Part shown: positions 39,443 to 43,020 of the stretch, piece by piece
How positions within the stretch are numbered: position 1 is the first letter of the stretch
How the letters are laid out: the number at the start of each line of letters is the position of its first letter
NCBI GenBank assembly: GCA_039630575.1
Contig: JBCNUW010000017.1
Coordinates: forward strand, 1-43,020
Length of the DNA stretch: 43,020 bases
Origin: Candidatus Hydrothermales bacterium
Lineage (GTDB): Bacteria > Hydrothermota > Hydrothermia > Hydrothermales > JAJRUZ01
Reading direction: 5' to 3'
Program-made: the position numbers and the translations under genes
The notes under the pieces: generated by a model
Told to the model about the DNA's origin: nothing
Seen by the model: only the letters and a program-made list of their open reading frames with translations
Databases searched by the model: none

Positions 39443-41728
39443 ATGCCATCTCCAATTAAAAGAACAAATCTTTGGATACTAAACATAGGCTTTAAATCCT
39501 ATGAGTTCGATCCGTTATTGGGAAAGTGGGAAAATTTAGAAAATATTTTGGGATTCAAGTATAGACTATTGCCAAGAAAACGATTAATTATAAGAGACAG
39601 TATTAATAAAAATTTTTTATGGATAGGAGAGTTCGGTAGAGGAATTATTCTATATGAAATTAAAACAAAAAATGTAACATTTTTTGATACATATAATTTC
39701 TTCAATGGCAATTCAATTACTGTTATCAAACCTTCAAAAGATGTAGTTTGGATTGGAACTACAGGCGGATTATTTTACTATCACAGGAAAAATAAAAAAA
39801 TAATTGAAGTGGAAAATTTTAGAAAAATGTGGATTAACCATATAGAAATAGAAGAGGAGAGAGTATGGGTTAATGGGAAGTATATATATTTCCCAGAAGC
39901 AAAAAAAATTTTTCAACTCAGTGAATTTAAATCTCAAGCGTTTTCAGAATGTAGATTAATAAAAATATTAAAAGGTTACAAGATATTTATTAAGGACAAC
40001 ACTTTAATAATCACAGATAGAAAGAATAATATTATAACAAGTCTATGTAATGTTCAAGAACAAGTTATTATGGATAAAGAAGGAAATTTATGGTTTTGGG
40101 GTGGAGGAAAGCTTATTAAGTTCTATACCAAAAATAAATTTGCTAAAAGATATGAGCTAAATATGACAATTTCCCGTGCTGTAGAGTGGAAAAATTATTT
40201 GTATTTCCAATCCTACGATAGAAGGCTTGGTAGAATTAACAAACTAACAGGAGAAGTAAAAATTTATCCTATGCTATCTTTTCGTGATTTTGTAATTAAT
40301 GATTATGGTATTTGGATTTTAACTGATGAAAATTTAATTAAAATCGGGCATTATGAATTTGAAAAAATAAGTTTACCTCTTTCAGAGTTTGAGAAAATGG
40401 AGAAAGAAATTTGGAATAAAAAAAATGAATTAATGGATGCAATAAGTAAAAGTGAAAATATAGTTGAAAAAATAAAATTAGCTGCTGAATTTTATGGATT
40501 TTGTTTTAAATATAAAGAGATAATTTCCGACCCCCATTGTGAATACGATATTCTATCAAAGTTAGTTACAATTAAAGAAGAAGATATAAAATTGATTATA
40601 GATTTTATTAATGAAGATATTAAACCCTTGGAAAAAGAAATTTCCTATTATATTTTATCTACAAAACCACTTCTCATAGGGAACCCAACACTGGCACTTA
40701 AGTTCTATAACATCTTTAAAAAAGAATTTCCAAAAAGTATCTTTCATAACCAAATTCTTGAGGAGGACTTAAAAAAATTAGAAAAAGCATCAGAAGAGCT
40801 TGAAAAAATAAAAAATAAAGATTTACCAGAAGACGAAAAATTATGGCTTTTAGGAAATATATTCTTTGAAGGTGTAAAGGTTTCTTGGAACCAAAAAGAG
40901 GGTGGATGGAATATGGAGTATCCCTTTGGTCTTTTTGAAAAACTTATTCAGAAGTATCCAAAATCTCCCTGGGCAGATAATGCCGAGTTTATAATGCTAA
41001 AGTATTATGAAGGAGTGTTCCATGAAGGAGGAGAAATAAATTTGAGTTGTATTGAACAGTATGAAAAATTCATTAAAAAATACCCGAACAGCGAGCTCAA
41101 CTCTGAAGCAAAATTGGAAATTGCCTATCATTATCACTCTTATTTATCTTCTAGGCCAGGGGTGATTCCGTGGATAAAACTCAAAGAGTATATAGATAGA
41201 GCAAGAATTTTATACAATGAAGTGTTAAGTTCCGCGGTAGACTCATCAATCAAAAAAAGAGCAGAAAGAGCATTGTTAGAGATTGATAAAGAAGTTGATA
41301 GATTTTCGCTTCAATTAGAAATTTTAAGTTCAAAAGGTGAATATTTTGTTGGAGACACTATTATAATAATTTTTAGATTGCATAATGTAGGCGATAAGAT
41401 AAAGGAAATTAAAATTAACCCGAGTTTACCTAATTTTGGAATAAGTATCTATAGAGAAGATGATGTAAGATCAGAGGTTCCTTTTATAAAAGATTTTAGT
41501 ATTAAATTAGAAGATAAAAAGAACATAACAATTTACCCAGGTGAATTTTTTGAGGAAAAACAAAACATTCAAGAGTTAACTCTTAATACTAAAGAACCAT
41601 ATGGAAGATGGAGTTATGGAAAATTTGAAATAGAAAGAGAAGGAGTTTACAAAGTAAGGGGCTATTATAGAGGTAAAGAAGAAATTGTATCTTTTAACGA
41701 AATTTCATTTTTAGTAAAAAAGAAGTAA
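39443..41728 (+). CDS. Hypothetical multidomain protein: beta-propeller + YfiO/TPR-like helical repeats + Ig-like C-terminus; 5' end possibly disrupted
   Basis: LWIGEFGRG, VWIGTTGGL and DKEGNLWF blades; KYPKSPWADNA and KKYPNSELNSEA repeats; EYFVGDTIIIIFRLHNVG. Confidence 0.75.
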   Translation: MPSPIKRTNLWILNIGFKSYEFDPLLGKWENLENILGFKYRLLPRKRLIIRDSINKNFLWIGEFGRGIILYEIKTKNVTFFDTYNFFNGNSITVIKPSKDVVWIGTTGGLFYYHRKNKKIIEVENFRKMWINHIEIEEERVWVNGKYIYFPEAKKIFQLSEFKSQAFSECRLIKILKGYKIFIKDNTLIITDRKNNIITSLCNVQEQVIMDKEGNLWFWGGGKLIKFYTKNKFAKRYELNMTISRAVEWKNYLYFQSYDRRLGRINKLTGEVKIYPMLSFRDFVINDYGIWILTDENLIKIGHYEFEKISLPLSEFEKMEKEIWNKKNELMDAISKSENIVEKIKLAAEFYGFCFKYKEIISDPHCEYDILSKLVTIKEEDIKLIIDFINEDIKPLEKEISYYILSTKPLLIGNPTLALKFYNIFKKEFPKSIFHNQILEEDLKKLEKASEELEKIKNKDLPEDEKLWLLGNIFFEGVKVSWNQKEGGWNMEYPFGLFEKLIQKYPKSPWADNAEFIMLKYYEGVFHEGGEINLSCIEQYEKFIKKYPNSELNSEAKLEIAYHYHSYLSSRPGVIPWIKLKEYIDRARILYNEVLSSAVDSSIKKRAERALLEIDKEVDRFSLQLEILSSKGEYFVGDTIIIIFRLHNVGDKIKEIKINPSLPNFGISIYREDDVRSEVPFIKDFSIKLEDKKNITIYPGEFFEEKQNIQELTLNTKEPYGRWSYGKFEIEREGVYKVRGYYRGKEEIVSFNEISFLVKKK

Positions 41729-42077
41729 ACTGAGAAAAAGCTTTGCATAATGAAATTTTAATAATTTAAAGATAGTTTCAGTAATGTAATTCTCATCTTT
41801 CACAGTAGATCTTGTAAATCATTATTTTTCAATAATTTTTAAATTCTCAAAACTTTGCTTTTACTTTGTCTTATTTAATTGTTGGAACTAAAATTTTTAC
41901 ATCATAAATTACCTTTTGAAATGTCACATAAAATTTGTCTTAAATTGCTATCTATAACGATGTTCGTTACCACTTATATAAATTTTTTAATTTTTTCGAG
42001 CCAGAAAATCGCTCTGTAAATATAATTATTTCAGGGTTTGGAAACCACTGCAAGTGTAAAAGAGGAGTATTTATACC

Positions 42078-42316
42078 CTATCCTTTCTCACCAAGAATTC
42101 TTTTAGCAAGTTCTTCCTATTCTTCTTTTGTTCTTGCAAAGATTAAAAGTGCTATAAGTCTAAATCCTTCATCCATTCCTCTAACCCCTCGTCCATTTTC
42201 TGAAGTGTTGCAGTAGCATTTTCTTTTATGATTTTTCCGGTTCTCCATACCATATAGCCTACTACACCTGCAAGGAGTGTAACATCAACTCCCACTAAAC
42301 TTAAAGCAATTTCCAT
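42078..42316 (-). pseudogene. Decayed small membrane-anchored coiled-coil gene
   Basis: MEIALSLVGVDVTLLAGVVGYMVWRTGK...QKMDEG, then after a frameshift RGMDEGFRLIALLIFARTKEE*EELAKRILGEKG* (internal TAG at 42117-19). The MDEG repeat spans the shift. Confidence 0.55.
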
Positions 42317-42506
42317 ATCGTAATAATAAAAAAATAAACAAAAAGTCAATCATAGGTCAAGAAAAGACCGGAAAATTAGAAAGATCATTTAAGTTAAAGA
42401 AGATAAAATTTGTATTAAATAGCGTCAAGTGAAGTTGAAAATAAAATTTTTTTTGACATTTTTAAACTTTTTATAATTTCAAGGAGAATTACTAAAATAG
42501 GTTAAA

Positions 42507-43020
42507 TTAAAAATAATGACCAAGCCCAAGATAAAAGAAAAACTCCTTCGTCTTATGAAAATAATTGTTAGTCCCAAAATCTACTCTAAAAGGTAATATT
42601 CCAAAAAAATACCTAAAACCAATTCCAAAACCAAATGCATTATTTTTAAAGGACTTATATGAAAAAATGTTTGAACAAGTACCTGTATCAAAAAAAATGA
42701 CAAATTTTAAATAATCTGTCAAAAATTTTCTAATTTCAAAATTTATAAGGTAAAAATTAGTCCCACTTTTTATACCTCTTATATCATAATCACCAACTGA
42801 ATACCTTTTCACACCTCTTAAAGAACCCTCTCCACCGAGCAAAAATCTCTCAGAATAGGGTACAATTTCCGAAGGTGGATAAGGAACAACACTTCCACCT
42901 AAAAACCTAAAAGCAATCGTAAAAGTTCTAAAAGTTTCAAAAAGAGAAAAATCATACCCAATCTTCAAAAGATTTTCTGTCCCTCCTAAGATTGAACCAT
43001 AAGCATTTATGTACTGATAT
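42507..43020 (-). CDS. Omp85 family (BamA/TamA) outer-membrane protein, C-terminal part; start lies outside the window
   Basis: ERFLLGGEGSLRG, FFDTG, GFGIGFRY, PFRVDFG, terminal LGLGHYF; the frame stays open to the window end. Confidence 0.9.
   Translation of the reverse strand, partial: YQYINAYGSILGGTENLLKIGYDFSLFETFRTFTIAFRFLGGSVVPYPPSEIVPYSERFLLGGEGSLRGVKRYSVGDYDIRGIKSGTNFYLINFEIRKFLTDYLKFVIFFDTGTCSNIFSYKSFKNNAFGFGIGFRYFFGILPFRVDFGTNNYFHKTKEFFFYLGLGHYF

Noticed and set aside
41760..41920. Minus-strand stop-riddled fragment KILVPTIK after an AAGGT SD-like motif
   Set aside because: Possibly a gene relic, but too degraded to assign to a family.
41955..41969. Palindrome TAACGA-TGT-TCGTTA as a possible attC site or terminator
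   Set aside because: Far too short for attC, no integrase or cassette array, and no U-tract; it could be chance or an orphan operator.

Overview
A 43-kb, very AT-rich, gene-dense stretch of a diderm bacterial chromosome. Diderm evidence: waaF, an Omp85-family barrel and lipoproteins. A thermophile is likely: it has a protein disulfide oxidoreductase, an archaeal-type peroxiredoxin, an Fe-S-type TrpRS and a close LeuT homologue. A WOR-3/Hydrothermae-like lineage is plausible but is inference only. Positions 1-34,000 are functionally scrambled housekeeping strings: addAB, waaF, purQ/purL, LysM/alr/M23, a sigma54 two-component pair, serS, trpS, riboflavin synthase, an NSS transporter, a flippase with glycosyltransferases, ftsK and rfbD. 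Positions 34,000-42,500 look accessory: an Rrf2-peroxiredoxin-cydAB oxygen-defence operon, an IS1634-like remnant, a propeller-TPR protein and decayed genes. I saw no rRNA, tRNA, CRISPR array, prophage or recognisable anti-phage system. The best signals not shown by the ORF track are: (i) a repeated TTGnnn-18bp-TAnnnT-6/7nt-ATG leaderless promoter architecture; (ii) a 32-aa membrane peptide coupled to the LeuT-like transporter; (iii) a class II aldolase-MazG fusion; (iv) an internally deleted ahpC scar plus an IscR-like operator in the oxygen-defence operon; (v) a 593-bp IS derivative bounded by inverted repeats; (vi) a helical insertion before the FtsK gamma domain. All calls are by eye; no searches were run.
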